From Candidatus Physcousia equi (GTDB lineage: Bacteria > Bacteroidota > Bacteroidia > Bacteroidales > Bacteroidaceae), in the NCBI GenBank assembly GCA_018065005.1, contig JAGHUD010000002.1, positions 987 to 64,986 of the forward strand: a stretch of DNA of 64,000 nucleotides, written 5' to 3'. Of this stretch, positions 54,668 through 64,000 are shown one piece after another. Within the stretch, counting starts at the first letter, position 1. Every line of letters starts with the position of its first letter. Under the pieces are notes generated by a model. It was not told where the DNA came from and made no database searches. It was given only the letters and a program-made list of their open reading frames with translations. Position numbers and translations under genes: made by a program.

Positions 54668-55996
54668 ATGAGAAATAAGATACTGACCATACTATTACTG
54701 CTTCCTCTAACCCTGTCGGCGCAGAACGGAAGCAACTCCTCCTACTCGCGTTTCGGACTCGGCACACTGTCAGAGCAGTCGCAGACCTTCAATCGCGGCA
54801 TGGGCGGTGTGGCATACGGACTTCGCCAAGGGGCACGTGTGAATATGCTGAATCCTGCTTCCTACTCGTGTCTCGACTCGCTCTCGTTTATTTTCGATGT
54901 GGGCATGACCCTGCAATACGGCAGACTCACGCAGAACCAGGACCGCAAGAACACCTACAATGCCACACTCTCAAACATCAATGCCGGTTTCCGATTGGCC
55001 AGGAATGTGGGTATGTCCATTGGCTTTGTCCCATTCACAAACATAGGTTATACGTTCGCTCGCGAGAATAGTGTGGGCTATAGCTCAGTATCTGCGCAAA
55101 ACATATCCTCAAGTGCCACCTACATGGGACAAGGTGGTCTCCACCAACTCTATTTGGGTGTTGGATGGAAGCCTTTTGCAGACTTCTCGGTCGGTGTGAA
55201 TGCAAGCTATGTGTGGGGCGACTATAATCACTCGGTCACACAGGTGTTCAGCGAATACAACAGCACCAATGCCAACTACAACAGTCAATGCAAACTCTAC
55301 ACTTCCGACATCAAGACCTATAAGCTTGATTTCGGTGTTCAATATCCCATTGCTTTGCCCAACCACGACCGCTTGGTGCTGGGAGCCACGTATGGTGTAG
55401 GTCATAAAATCAACAACAACGAATCCTACTACTATCGCTTCAATACTTTGGGCGACACAACGACTGCTGTTGCGAAAAACGGTTTCAGCCTGCCCCATAC
55501 CTTCGGCGTAGGCGTAGCTTATCAGCACTTGTCAAAGATTACGGTGGCTGCAGATTATACCTACGAGAAATGGGCAGATTGCACCATGCCGTTGGTATAC
55601 ATAACAGACGATAACAAGATTGTCTACGAAGCGCAATCAGGCGCTTACCACAACCGTTCGCGATTTGCCGTCGGCGCCGAGTTTGTGCCTGATTTGCTGT
55701 CGCGAGACTATTTCAGCACAGTGCGCTATCGCATAGGTTTCAACTATTCCACGCCCTACACGAAAGTGAGCGGACCTAATGGCATTCAGGATGGTCCGGC
55801 AGAGATGCGCCTCTCCGTTGGTTTGGGTCTGCCCCTCACTACACGTCGCATGAGCGGTCGCTCGGTGGTCAACGTCTCGGCAGAATGGATGCGCAGAAAG
55901 CCATCTGCTCCGGGTCTGATAACAGAGAACTATCTCATGCTGAATCTTGGCATCTCGTTCAATGAGAAATGGTTTGCGAAGTGGAAGATAAACTAA
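54668..55996 (+). CDS. putative outer-membrane beta-barrel protein (FadL/PorV-like N-terminal motif)
   Basis: Signal peptide ending LSAQ. SYSRFGLGTL...GMGGVAYGLR...NPAS motif, alternating beta-strand pattern, aromatic C-terminus. Confidence 0.6.
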   Translation: MRNKILTILLLLPLTLSAQNGSNSSYSRFGLGTLSEQSQTFNRGMGGVAYGLRQGARVNMLNPASYSCLDSLSFIFDVGMTLQYGRLTQNQDRKNTYNATLSNINAGFRLARNVGMSIGFVPFTNIGYTFARENSVGYSSVSAQNISSSATYMGQGGLHQLYLGVGWKPFADFSVGVNASYVWGDYNHSVTQVFSEYNSTNANYNSQCKLYTSDIKTYKLDFGVQYPIALPNHDRLVLGATYGVGHKINNNESYYYRFNTLGDTTTAVAKNGFSLPHTFGVGVAYQHLSKITVAADYTYEKWADCTMPLVYITDDNKIVYEAQSGAYHNRSRFAVGAEFVPDLLSRDYFSTVRYRIGFNYSTPYTKVSGPNGIQDGPAEMRLSVGLGLPLTTRRMSGRSVVNVSAEWMRRKPSAPGLITENYLMLNLGISFNEKWFAKWKIN

Positions 55997-56088
55997 TGGC
56001 GAAGACGCAACGCATACCCCTTGCCATGTTGCACTCGACAGACTCTGTGCCCTGTGTTCGTCGCCGTTGCGCAGATGCTCGCAAAAGG

Positions 56089-56682
56089 ATGAGAGTGGCT
56101 TCATTCTTCATCGCTGTCGCCACGGGCGTGCTTTCCTTCATCTCATGCTCTGCCGATCAGGAGCACATGGCAGCTGCCATAAACGAGTCCGACTCGCTCG
56201 CTTTCATGACAGCCACTGGTGTGAGCACGCTCATCAGCGACTCTGGTGTCATACGCTACAAATTGGTGGCAGAGGACTGGCAGATACACAACACGACAGT
56301 GCCTGCCACCTGGAAGTTTCTGCATGGCTTCTTCATGGAACGGTTCGACCAAAACATGCACGCAGACCTCTACGTGCAGGCGGATACAGCTTATCTGCAC
56401 AAGCAATCCGTGTGGGAGCTGCGCGGGCGCGTCGTGGTGAAGAATCTCGAAGGCACACTCTTCCTCACACAAGAACTCTTTTGGAATATGGATGAGCACC
56501 GCATGTGGAACCACATGCCCATGGATATCTATATGCCCGACCGTGAACTGCACGGAACCGAATTTCGCTCCAATGAGCAGATGACCGACTATTTCGTGCA
56601 GAACTCCTATGGCGCTTTCCCTGCCAGCGACACGGAAAGCGACGTGCCCACACCACCTGAAATGCCCGACAGCGTCCGCTGA
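56089..56682 (+). CDS. lptC: LPS export system periplasmic protein LptC
   Basis: MRVASFFIAVATGVLSFISCS anchor. STLISDSGVIRYKL... and LFWNMDEHRMW segments resemble Bacteroidales LptC. An alternative start is at 55996. Confidence 0.7.
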   Translation: MRVASFFIAVATGVLSFISCSADQEHMAAAINESDSLAFMTATGVSTLISDSGVIRYKLVAEDWQIHNTTVPATWKFLHGFFMERFDQNMHADLYVQADTAYLHKQSVWELRGRVVVKNLEGTLFLTQELFWNMDEHRMWNHMPMDIYMPDRELHGTEFRSNEQMTDYFVQNSYGAFPASDTESDVPTPPEMPDSVR

Positions 56683-56781
56683 TGCGAAGTATGGTTCCGT
56701 CCCTGCTTTGCGGCTCTCTTTATTTCAAAACACAGACACAATTCTCCCTCTCACCACCGCCCCAAGACCATTGCACGCTCT

Positions 56782-58089
56782 ATGATGCACGACACAACCT
56801 ATCTTGTCATATCAACAATCATCGTACTGCTCTTTTCCGCCTTCTTCTCAGGCATGGAAATTGCTTTCGTCTCATCCAGCAAACTGCGTTATGAAATCGA
56901 CAAGCAGGATGGGGGCTTGAGCAGTAAGGCACTGAGCGTTTTCTATAAGCATCCAAATAATTTCATCTCCACGCTCCTCGTGGGTAACAATATAGCGCTG
57001 GTCATCTACGGTATTCTGATGGCGCAGCTCATCGGTATCTATGTGCTTGTTCCCCTCGGCTTGCATCCCGAGGACCCTTCAGAGACCTGCTCCAACGACG
57101 CCCTGTGCCTCGTCATCCAAACCGTTATCAGCACGCTCGTCGTGCTTTTCACCGGCGAGTTTCTCCCCAAAACTATCTTCAAACGTAGTCCAAACCACAT
57201 GCTGAGCGTCTTTGCGCTGCCCATGTACATCATCTACGTCATCCTCTACCCGTTGAGTAAGTTCACGAGCGGGCTGAGCAAGCTCCTGCTCCGCATCTGC
57301 GGCGTCAAGCTCCGACGCAACGACGGCGACTCAACGTTCACCAAGGTAGACCTGGACTATCTCATTCAAAGCAGCATCGATGAGGCTGAAAACGAAGAGG
57401 AGGTTGACGATGAAGTTCGAATGTTCCAGAATGCCCTCGACTTCAGCAGCGTCAAGGTGCGCGATTGCATTGTTCCGCGCACCGAGATTGACGGTATCGA
57501 CAGCGAGGCAACGCTCGAGACACTCAAGATCCAATTTGTGGAGTCTGGACACTCGAAGATTGTGGTCTATGGCGAGGACGTAGACGACATCAAAGGCTAC
57601 GTGCACTCATCAGAAATGTTCCGGCTCAAATCGGGCGACGATTGGACGAAGAGCATTCGCGAGGTGCCTTTTGTGCCAGAGACCATGCCAGCCCAGAAAC
57701 TCCTCAAGACCTTCATACAGCAAAAACGATCCATAGCAGTCGTCGTGGACGAGTTTGGCGGAACAAGCGGCATCATCACACTCGAAGATCTCGTGGAGGA
57801 AATCTTTGGAGAAATTGAAGATGAGCACGACAGCAATACCTACACGATGACCGACCTCGGCAACGGAGAATATCTGCTTTCGGCACGTCTCGAAATAGAA
57901 CAGGTCAACGAAAAACTGTCGCTCGACCTCCCCGAGAGCGACCAGTATCTCACGGTGGGCGGTCTCATTCTGCATGAGTATCAGAGCTTCCCGAAACTGA
58001 ACGAAGTGGTGAAGGTGGGTCGCTTTGAATTTAAGATTATGCAGAAGACAACCACAAAGATAGAACTGGTGCGCCTCAAGGTAAATTGA
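56782..58089 (+). CDS. hemolysin-family/CNNM protein (DUF21 + CBS pair + CorC_HlyC), GldE-like
   Basis: 435 aa. N-terminal four-TM DUF21 (FFSGMEIAF), CBS region and CorC_HlyC tail. Confidence 0.85.
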   Translation: MMHDTTYLVISTIIVLLFSAFFSGMEIAFVSSSKLRYEIDKQDGGLSSKALSVFYKHPNNFISTLLVGNNIALVIYGILMAQLIGIYVLVPLGLHPEDPSETCSNDALCLVIQTVISTLVVLFTGEFLPKTIFKRSPNHMLSVFALPMYIIYVILYPLSKFTSGLSKLLLRICGVKLRRNDGDSTFTKVDLDYLIQSSIDEAENEEEVDDEVRMFQNALDFSSVKVRDCIVPRTEIDGIDSEATLETLKIQFVESGHSKIVVYGEDVDDIKGYVHSSEMFRLKSGDDWTKSIREVPFVPETMPAQKLLKTFIQQKRSIAVVVDEFGGTSGIITLEDLVEEIFGEIEDEHDSNTYTMTDLGNGEYLLSARLEIEQVNEKLSLDLPESDQYLTVGGLILHEYQSFPKLNEVVKVGRFEFKIMQKTTTKIELVRLKVN

Positions 58090-58324
58090 TGTTTTCGTCA
58101 AGCCGAAAGGCGAGTAAGGCACAACACAGCGCTCAATTATTACTTTTTGAGCGCTTTTTTTATGCTTTTCTTTCGCGCGAATGAACTTTTTTTTGTAACT
58201 TTGCGCGCTGATTGGGTGTATAGACTCCCCGCCAACTTCCCTTTTGGCGTGAGCCGACAGAAAACGTCGGCAACGAATCCGACGACAAAGGTGACAAAAT
58301 AATAACAAAACAATCATAACAACA

Positions 58325-60508
58325 ATGGCAACATTACAGAAAATCAGAAGCAACAAGATCACTCAGATTGCAATCGGTCTGGGTATGCTTGCCTTCATCG
58401 CAGGAAGCGCCGTGGAAATCATGAAGTCCAGCGCTCCCGACACTGAGGTGGCAAGCCTCAACGGCAAGTCGCTCGACTATGCTGAACTCAACCAAATGGC
58501 AGACGACTACAAAGACGTGCTCCAGACCATGGGTCAGCTGCCCCAAGGAGAGCAGGTGAGCAACGAAGTGATGGCTCAGATCCGTGAGCAAGTCTACCAG
58601 CGTTTCCTTCAGCAGCAGATGCTCGAAGAAGAATGTGAGAAACTCGGTCTCACCGTCACCGACACAGAACTTCAGAACATCATCAAGTCGAGCCAGCATC
58701 CTCTGCTTGCACAAACTCCTTTCCGCAACCAGCAGGGTCAGTTTGACTACACCCTGCTCCAGCAATTCATCCAGGAGCGCGAGCAAATGATGAGCAATCC
58801 TCAGGTTACAGCAGAACAGCGTGAATACATGGACCGCATGTATCGCTTCTGGTGTTTCATCGAAAAGGAGATTCGCAGCAACACCTTGATGGAGAAGTAT
58901 CAGGTGCTGCTCTCAAGCCTCGTGATGAGCAACCCCATCAGTGCTAAGTCTGCTTTCGATGCACGTGTCAACGAAAGCGATATTGTGATGGCAGCCATCC
59001 CTTTCACCAGCATCGACGACGCAACGGTAAAGGTTGAGGATGCCGACATCAAGGCAAAATATGAGGAATACAAAGAAGCCTTCTATCAGCCCAATGAGTC
59101 ACGTGATATCAAGTACATTGATGTTGTGGTGAAGGCAAGCAGCGAGGATGAAGCAGCTCTCCGTGAGGAAATGGCAGGCTATGCTGCATCGCTGAGCAAG
59201 CCCGATGCTGTCATCGAAAGCGTCGTTCGTCAAAGCCAGTCTTTGGTCAACTACAGCAGCGCCCCCGTGAGCAAGAACACCCTGCCTCGCGACGTCGCAG
59301 CGCAGATCGACTCAATGGCTGTGGGCACGCAGACCGACATCTACTTCAATGCGCTCGACAACACCCTCAATGTCGTTCGTCTCATCGGCAAGGTGAGCCG
59401 TCCTGACTCAGTGGAGGTTCGCCAGATTGCAGCCCTCAACCAGGATGCAGCAGCTGCCACCAAGACAGCAGACAGCATTGTGAATGCCCTCCAGGCAGGT
59501 GCTGACTTCGACACCATCGCTAAGGCATACAACCAACCTGCCACCAAGCAGTGGATCACCAGCAATATGTTTGAGGGTCAGACACTCGATGAGAGCAACA
59601 AGAAGTTCATCGAAACAGCTACGACTGCTTCAGTGGGCACCTACAACAAGATCTCCTTCGAGGGTGGCGTCATCGTGCTCCAAGTGACCGATCGCCGTCA
59701 GATGAGCGACAAGTATGACGTTGCTGTCATCAAGCGCACCATCGATTTCAGCAACGAAACAGCAAACAAGTATTTCAACGATCTCTCAAGTTTTGTGGCA
59801 ACCAACAAGACACTTGAGGCTATGCAGAAAGACCAGAAGACGTATGTGCTGCTCGACCGTAACGATCTCGATGCCATGACAAACGACATCGTTGGCGTGA
59901 TGGATTCACGCGAGGTTGTAAAATGGGCATTCAAGGAAGAAAGCAAGGTTGGCGATGTGAGCGAAATCATGTACTGCGGCAAAAACCGTGAGCACCTCGT
60001 CGTAGCGGTCCTCACAGCCATTCACCCCGCAGGCTATCGCGATGCAAACGACGAGCAAATCAAACCCATCCTCACACAACTTGCCACTCAGGACAAGAAG
60101 GCAACCCAGCTGCAGGATAAGATGAAGGCTGCCAAGAGCGTAGCTGACGTGGCTAAGATGGCTGGTGCCGTGAGCGACACGATTCAGCACATCACCTTTG
60201 CTGCTCCCACCTTTGTCTCTAAGATGGCTGCCAGCGAGCCTGTGCTCAGCGCAGCTGTTAGTGCAGCACAGCAAGGCAAGTTCGTGAGCGCAGTGCGTGG
60301 CAACGCCGGTGTATATGCCTTCCAGGTGATCGCTAAGAACAAGACCGAGGAGCAGTACGACGAGAAGGCTGAGATGCAGCGTTCTGCTCAGCAGCAGATG
60401 TACATGATGAGCCGTATGTTCCAAACTGACATGCGCGACCCCGCAAGCATCTTCTACACAGCTTTCAAGAATGCCAAGAAGTCTGACAAGCGTCATCTCT
60501 TCTATTAA
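58325..60508 (+). CDS. PpiD-like periplasmic chaperone / peptidyl-prolyl isomerase family protein
   Basis: 727 aa. N-terminal TM anchor (ITQIAIGLGMLAFIAGSAV) and SurA_N-like region. Confidence 0.8.
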   Translation: MATLQKIRSNKITQIAIGLGMLAFIAGSAVEIMKSSAPDTEVASLNGKSLDYAELNQMADDYKDVLQTMGQLPQGEQVSNEVMAQIREQVYQRFLQQQMLEEECEKLGLTVTDTELQNIIKSSQHPLLAQTPFRNQQGQFDYTLLQQFIQEREQMMSNPQVTAEQREYMDRMYRFWCFIEKEIRSNTLMEKYQVLLSSLVMSNPISAKSAFDARVNESDIVMAAIPFTSIDDATVKVEDADIKAKYEEYKEAFYQPNESRDIKYIDVVVKASSEDEAALREEMAGYAASLSKPDAVIESVVRQSQSLVNYSSAPVSKNTLPRDVAAQIDSMAVGTQTDIYFNALDNTLNVVRLIGKVSRPDSVEVRQIAALNQDAAAATKTADSIVNALQAGADFDTIAKAYNQPATKQWITSNMFEGQTLDESNKKFIETATTASVGTYNKISFEGGVIVLQVTDRRQMSDKYDVAVIKRTIDFSNETANKYFNDLSSFVATNKTLEAMQKDQKTYVLLDRNDLDAMTNDIVGVMDSREVVKWAFKEESKVGDVSEIMYCGKNREHLVVAVLTAIHPAGYRDANDEQIKPILTQLATQDKKATQLQDKMKAAKSVADVAKMAGAVSDTIQHITFAAPTFVSKMAASEPVLSAAVSAAQQGKFVSAVRGNAGVYAFQVIAKNKTEEQYDEKAEMQRSAQQQMYMMSRMFQTDMRDPASIFYTAFKNAKKSDKRHLFY

Positions 60509-60528
60509 TATCGTTCCGCTCTCATAGC

Positions 60529-60582
60529 GAACAAACAAAAAAGCCGTTGTCCACGATGGGCAACGGCTTTTTTTGTTTGTTC
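60529..60582. terminator. bidirectional intrinsic terminator between convergent genes
   Basis: GAACAAACAAAAAAGCCGTTG ... CAACGGCTTTTTTTGTTTGTTC, a near-perfect ~21-nt inverted repeat. GC core at 60543-60567 with an A-run and a T-run on either side. Confidence 0.75.
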
Positions 60583-60741
60583 GCCTTTTCTCTTCCTCCC
60601 CCTTCAGTCGGGAAGAGATGAAAAATGGGTGAGTCACTTACATTTTGATATTTCCCAAGTGCGTGAGAATTGCACGGAAATCACCAACTCGAAAAGCGCT
60701 CCGATTGGCGCGATTCTGTGCGTTTGTTTACAAAATGTTAG

Positions 60742-61905
60742 TTATTTATTGATCACCACGCGACCATTCTTGATGACAACGCCACGGTGGTTGTCACGCA
60801 CCGGCTGGCCGAGAAGGTTGTACGCCTGGGCATCCGCACGCTTGGCATACACGCCAGCAATGTCCGTGGCAGCCGACTTCAGGGTGAAGGTAGCCGTCAG
60901 GGGCAAGTGGTCGGACATGTCATCGCCGTCGCTCGTCTTCATGTCCGTGATGTTGCTGACGGAAACCAGTTCGAGCTTGCAGTCGGACTCGTCCAGATTG
61001 ATGTACACAATCTTGTCGAGAATCTCCGAGTTGGCATCCCGTTGTTCCTCCAACTTGTCGCACTTCTCATCATTATCATCGTCAGCGGGATTCAGGAACT
61101 GGGGAAACGCCCCCCCATTTTTCATCTCCACCCAAGCATCGCGTGCCGTCACGCCCGGACAGTTGTTCAGGCGGTCCATGAAGAGCGTCTTCATGTCGTC
61201 GCGTGCATAGAGGTTGTTGTAGTCGCCCAGGATGATCATCGGGTGGGAAGACTTATGTGCTACGACGAAATCGTAGAGCTGCGCCATGCCATTGACGCGC
61301 GCATGGCGGTCGCCATATTCATAGCCTGCATCCGCATGAAGGGGAATCACATCAACTGCCATGCCGTTGGGAAACTCCACCGTATAGAAGCGGAAACCCT
61401 TCGTCGTCAGGCTGTCCTGAAAGTTGGTGAGGTAGCCCCACACGGCCTCTGCACTCCAGGGCACTATCTCCTCGCCCGTCACCTTCAAGTCCTTCTTTGT
61501 GGCGAGGTTTAGACCATCGTAGGGGAAGCGGAAGGTGCCGGCAAGAATGCCTGTCACCGCCTCCATCGAACTCTCCATCTTGCCCTGGAAGGTCGTGAAA
61601 TTATAGTTGTCGGTCATCCCCGACATCAGTTCCTCGTGATAGTTGAAGTCCTCGTTGATGCCAATGATGTCCCATCCGATGCTGTTGAGGCGTTCGCTCA
61701 TCTCGTAGAACTTCTCCGGAGTGGGGTTTCGCGGGTTGATGGGGATTGGAATGCCAAAGATGGGGTCATTGAGCGATGCCGGCAAGCCGTCTACGTTGTA
61801 CGTGGCAACGGTGAACTGATGTTCCTGTGCGCTTGCCACCAGCGACGCCAGACAGAGAAGAGTAGTAAAAATCCTTTTCATAAATGAGATATTTTTGGGG
61901 TTCAT
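60742..61905 (-). CDS. endonuclease/exonuclease/phosphatase (EEP) family protein with a T9SS C-terminal sorting domain
   Basis: Signal peptide (MKRIFTTLLCLASLVASAQ from the alternative ATG at 61881). EEP-like GINEDF and SDHLPL motifs. C-terminus ...YNLLGQPVRDNHRGVVIKNGRVVINK. Confidence 0.8.
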   Translation of the reverse strand: MNPKNISFMKRIFTTLLCLASLVASAQEHQFTVATYNVDGLPASLNDPIFGIPIPINPRNPTPEKFYEMSERLNSIGWDIIGINEDFNYHEELMSGMTDNYNFTTFQGKMESSMEAVTGILAGTFRFPYDGLNLATKKDLKVTGEEIVPWSAEAVWGYLTNFQDSLTTKGFRFYTVEFPNGMAVDVIPLHADAGYEYGDRHARVNGMAQLYDFVVAHKSSHPMIILGDYNNLYARDDMKTLFMDRLNNCPGVTARDAWVEMKNGGAFPQFLNPADDDNDEKCDKLEEQRDANSEILDKIVYINLDESDCKLELVSVSNITDMKTSDGDDMSDHLPLTATFTLKSAATDIAGVYAKRADAQAYNLLGQPVRDNHRGVVIKNGRVVINK

Positions 61906-61931
61906 GCTTCACGTTTGTATGTTTCACTATG

Positions 61932-61939
61932 CAAAGTTA
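61932..61939 (-). promoter_or_regulatory. candidate -7 box (TAACTTTG on minus) for the EEP gene
   Basis: CAAAGTTA on +, 27 nt upstream of the ATG at 61905. Confidence 0.45.
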
Positions 61940-62141
61940 GCAATATAAATGCAGAAAACCAAACATGCATATCATTTATTCATCCCCTAATTCCTAACGG
62001 AAAAAACTCGATGAATGACAAAACTGACCAGTCTGGAGAGACAAAAAATGGTAAATTCGTAGAAAAATGCGGCAAAAATCGGCAAAAATCGCGGATTTAA
62101 CATAAATTAACAATGGGGGGGGTAATAACTTTTATTTTTCG

Positions 62142-62149
62142 TACCTTTG
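62142..62149 (+). promoter_or_regulatory. candidate -7 box TACCTTTG upstream of the LamG-like gene
   Basis: Exact TAnnTTTG match, 232 nt upstream of the ATG at 62381, so a long leader is implied if it is used. Confidence 0.35.
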
Positions 62150-62380
62150 CTTCCGAAAAATGGCCATTGCACTTAGATTGCGTCAGAGCTGCGATTTTTT
62201 GAAAAGTTTATAATGATTAGTTCGCTGTGAAGCGGGCCCCACTATTTTGGTAATGTGGCAATGAGGCAACTGGTGCGATGGTCTATTTTTTCTTAAAAAA
62301 CGCGCTAACACGTGTGCGCTCGCCCGCGCGTATATATTTAATAAGGTATAAATATTTTCTTAACTCTAAATAATAACACT

Positions 62381-64000
62381 ATGAAGAAAAATTACTTATT
62401 ACTTTTTCTACTCTCACTCATAGGGTGGAGTAGCGGAGCTTGGGCGCAAGAAATCCAACCAAGCGATGGTACAGATGAGAGATTTATAGACAGTGCCATC
62501 GCAGGAACGGAGAACCTGTCGTTTCTCTCATTGGACATAAATGATGGAGGAAACTCTACGATTGAAAGAGACAATGCTGGCAACATTCTCATCAACCGAG
62601 AAGCAGGTGTCAGCACCACCGTGAAGGGTGATGGTAATGTCAATCGCCCAACGGTAACCGTATCCTTCCGCATCAACCTCGCTACACCCACTTCCTACGA
62701 AAAGATAGTAACACTGAGTAGTGCCAGCAGTGCTAATAACACAAGTATTGGAATTGGCGCCAGAACAGATGGCAAAATTAGTGCAACCTGGCGGGGGGAT
62801 GAATGGGGCGGTAGCTCAAATCCTACCCTTTTCACAAATGTCCTGAGTAGCGGATCGCATATCATCACCCTTGTAGTTGGACAGTCTGATAACGGTTATG
62901 GAACGCGCATATATGTTGATGGATCTGTTGTTAAGTATTCTAATGGCGGTTTGAAGTGTTCTGAATTCTACAAATATGTCATCTTTAATCCAGCTTACTC
63001 TTCATTCATAGATGCTGTTTATGTGTTCAACACTGCAGTAACAGATGCGCAGGTACAAACCATTACCCAAGAGATTAGTAGCATTGAGAGTCAAGTTCAA
63101 ACCAAATACGTAACATTTAAAGTCTACGATGCTGCCGATCATTCTCGTTTGTTCTACACGCAGCAAAACGTAGCTCAGGTGATTGGTGCAGCGCCATCGC
63201 TCACAGGACTTCCTTCGTATGTTACGGCAACCTATAATGTGAATGCAATAAGCGAAGAGACCACGGAGGTTAATGCCTATACTACAGCGACACTCCCCTT
63301 CGAGGTCGGGCAAATGTATACCATCAGCCTTTATGGTAAGTATGCCTATATTCCCTCTGCAGAGGAAACAACCGTAGGTCAGACCACAACGGCTTACACC
63401 TCAACTACCTACGAGAATTATGAATGGTTCTTTACGGGCAACTGGTATGAAGGATTCGAAATTTATAACCCTTGCGGACAAGGAATCGGTACAGCCAACG
63501 GCACAGCCAACGGAAACGCTGCTTCATTCGGACAACCTGCCCTTTTCGAGTATGAGAAGGTGAGTGACAGCAAATGGGTGCTGAAGGTGAAGGGCTCTAA
63601 TCCTGCTGCATACCTCGCGCACACATCTTCTAGCTCTTCCACCATCAACTTCTACTACGATAAGGGCAATGCCGGAACAGGCATTACGCTCGGAACAGTC
63701 AACCTGAACAACTATACTGTACATATCAATGTACCCGAAGGTTATGCGACTACGGGTCTGACTGCTACCATTGCAGACCAGGCTTATCAAGACAACCAAA
63801 ACTTTGAGTATGCTGGCACACTCACAACTGCCAACGTAATTGCAAGCAACGGCGATCTGCTCCAGGCTCCCGTTGTTGAAATTGTGGGCAACGATATCAA
63901 TATCACCTACACGGAGAATCCTTATCTCAGCACCAGCGAGACAACCGTCTACGTGCGCATCAACAACCTCTATAAGACTCAGGTGGATTTTGGTAATACA
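62381..64000 (+). CDS. large secreted protein with an N-terminal LamG/concanavalin-like domain; 3' end beyond the window
   Basis: Absent from the ORF track because there is no stop in the window. I translated all 540 codons from the ATG at 62381 without meeting a stop. Signal peptide MKKNYLLLFLLSLIGWSSGAWAQ. The ...SGSHIITLVVGQSDNGYGTRIYVDGSVV...AVYVFNTAVTDAQV segment is typical of Laminin_G_3-type domains. Confidence 0.7.
   Translation, partial: MKKNYLLLFLLSLIGWSSGAWAQEIQPSDGTDERFIDSAIAGTENLSFLSLDINDGGNSTIERDNAGNILINREAGVSTTVKGDGNVNRPTVTVSFRINLATPTSYEKIVTLSSASSANNTSIGIGARTDGKISATWRGDEWGGSSNPTLFTNVLSSGSHIITLVVGQSDNGYGTRIYVDGSVVKYSNGGLKCSEFYKYVIFNPAYSSFIDAVYVFNTAVTDAQVQTITQEISSIESQVQTKYVTFKVYDAADHSRLFYTQQNVAQVIGAAPSLTGLPSYVTATYNVNAISEETTEVNAYTTATLPFEVGQMYTISLYGKYAYIPSAEETTVGQTTTAYTSTTYENYEWFFTGNWYEGFEIYNPCGQGIGTANGTANGNAASFGQPALFEYEKVSDSKWVLKVKGSNPAAYLAHTSSSSSTINFYYDKGNAGTGITLGTVNLNNYTVHINVPEGYATTGLTATIADQAYQDNQNFEYAGTLTTANVIASNGDLLQAPVVEIVGNDINITYTENPYLSTSETTVYVRINNLYKTQVDFGNT

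Noticed and set aside
62161-62214. 17-codon ORF (MAIALRLRQSCDFLKSL) downstream of the 62142 -7 box
   Set aside because: It is too short and featureless, with no paralogue or conservation signal available in the window.

Overview
The window looks like a Bacteroidales chromosome segment, probably Prevotella-like. The evidence is SusC/SusD genes, several proteins ending in a T9SS C-terminal sorting domain, and Bacteroidetes-type TAnnTTTG -7 boxes in front of many genes. Most of it is housekeeping. Genes present include a partial YraN-like gene, an MBL-fold hydrolase, uvrA, two GHL10-type glycosidase-like paralogues, a LOG-family protein, thiL, a ComEA-like HhH protein and a Dabb protein. Also present are an SNF2-family helicase, rfbC-rfbD-rfbB, a membrane-anchored AraC-type regulator, an acyl-CoA ligase, prfB, a CYTH protein, an NSS-family transporter, nifJ (PFOR), an orphan AAA ATPase and cstA. 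One likely operon runs DUF4105-like gene, alkaline-phosphatase-like gene, secA, then a 160-aa ORF. A coaX / beta-barrel OMP / lptC / CNNM-hemolysin-like / PpiD-like block follows. Accessory content is a SusC-SusD-lipoprotein-M6 metalloprotease locus plus further secreted proteins: a 575-aa cargo of unknown function, an EEP-family enzyme and a LamG-like protein that runs off the window end. I saw no rRNA, tRNA, CRISPR array, transposase or integrase. I did not recognise a multi-gene defence system or any other obviously novel protein system. The most unusual material is non-coding or small-ORF sequence in AT-rich gaps. (1) A tandem 150-bp module carries two paralogous 28-codon hydrophobic ORFs whose start regions sit inside long inverted repeats (20.4-20.7 kb). 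(2) A 72-bp direct repeat (CU-rich tract plus GC hairpin) brackets an ~840-bp AT-rich cassette with small membrane-protein ORFs, one broken by an in-frame TAG, and operator-like palindrome arrays (22.1-23.2 kb). (3) Two arrays of palindromes have 22-bp periodicity. (4) An (ACGAAN)n hexamer tract lies in the ~220-nt leader of the susC-like gene. Many long ORFs in the track are antisense shadows of GC3-rich genes and were rejected. All calls come from reading motifs by eye; no searches were run.
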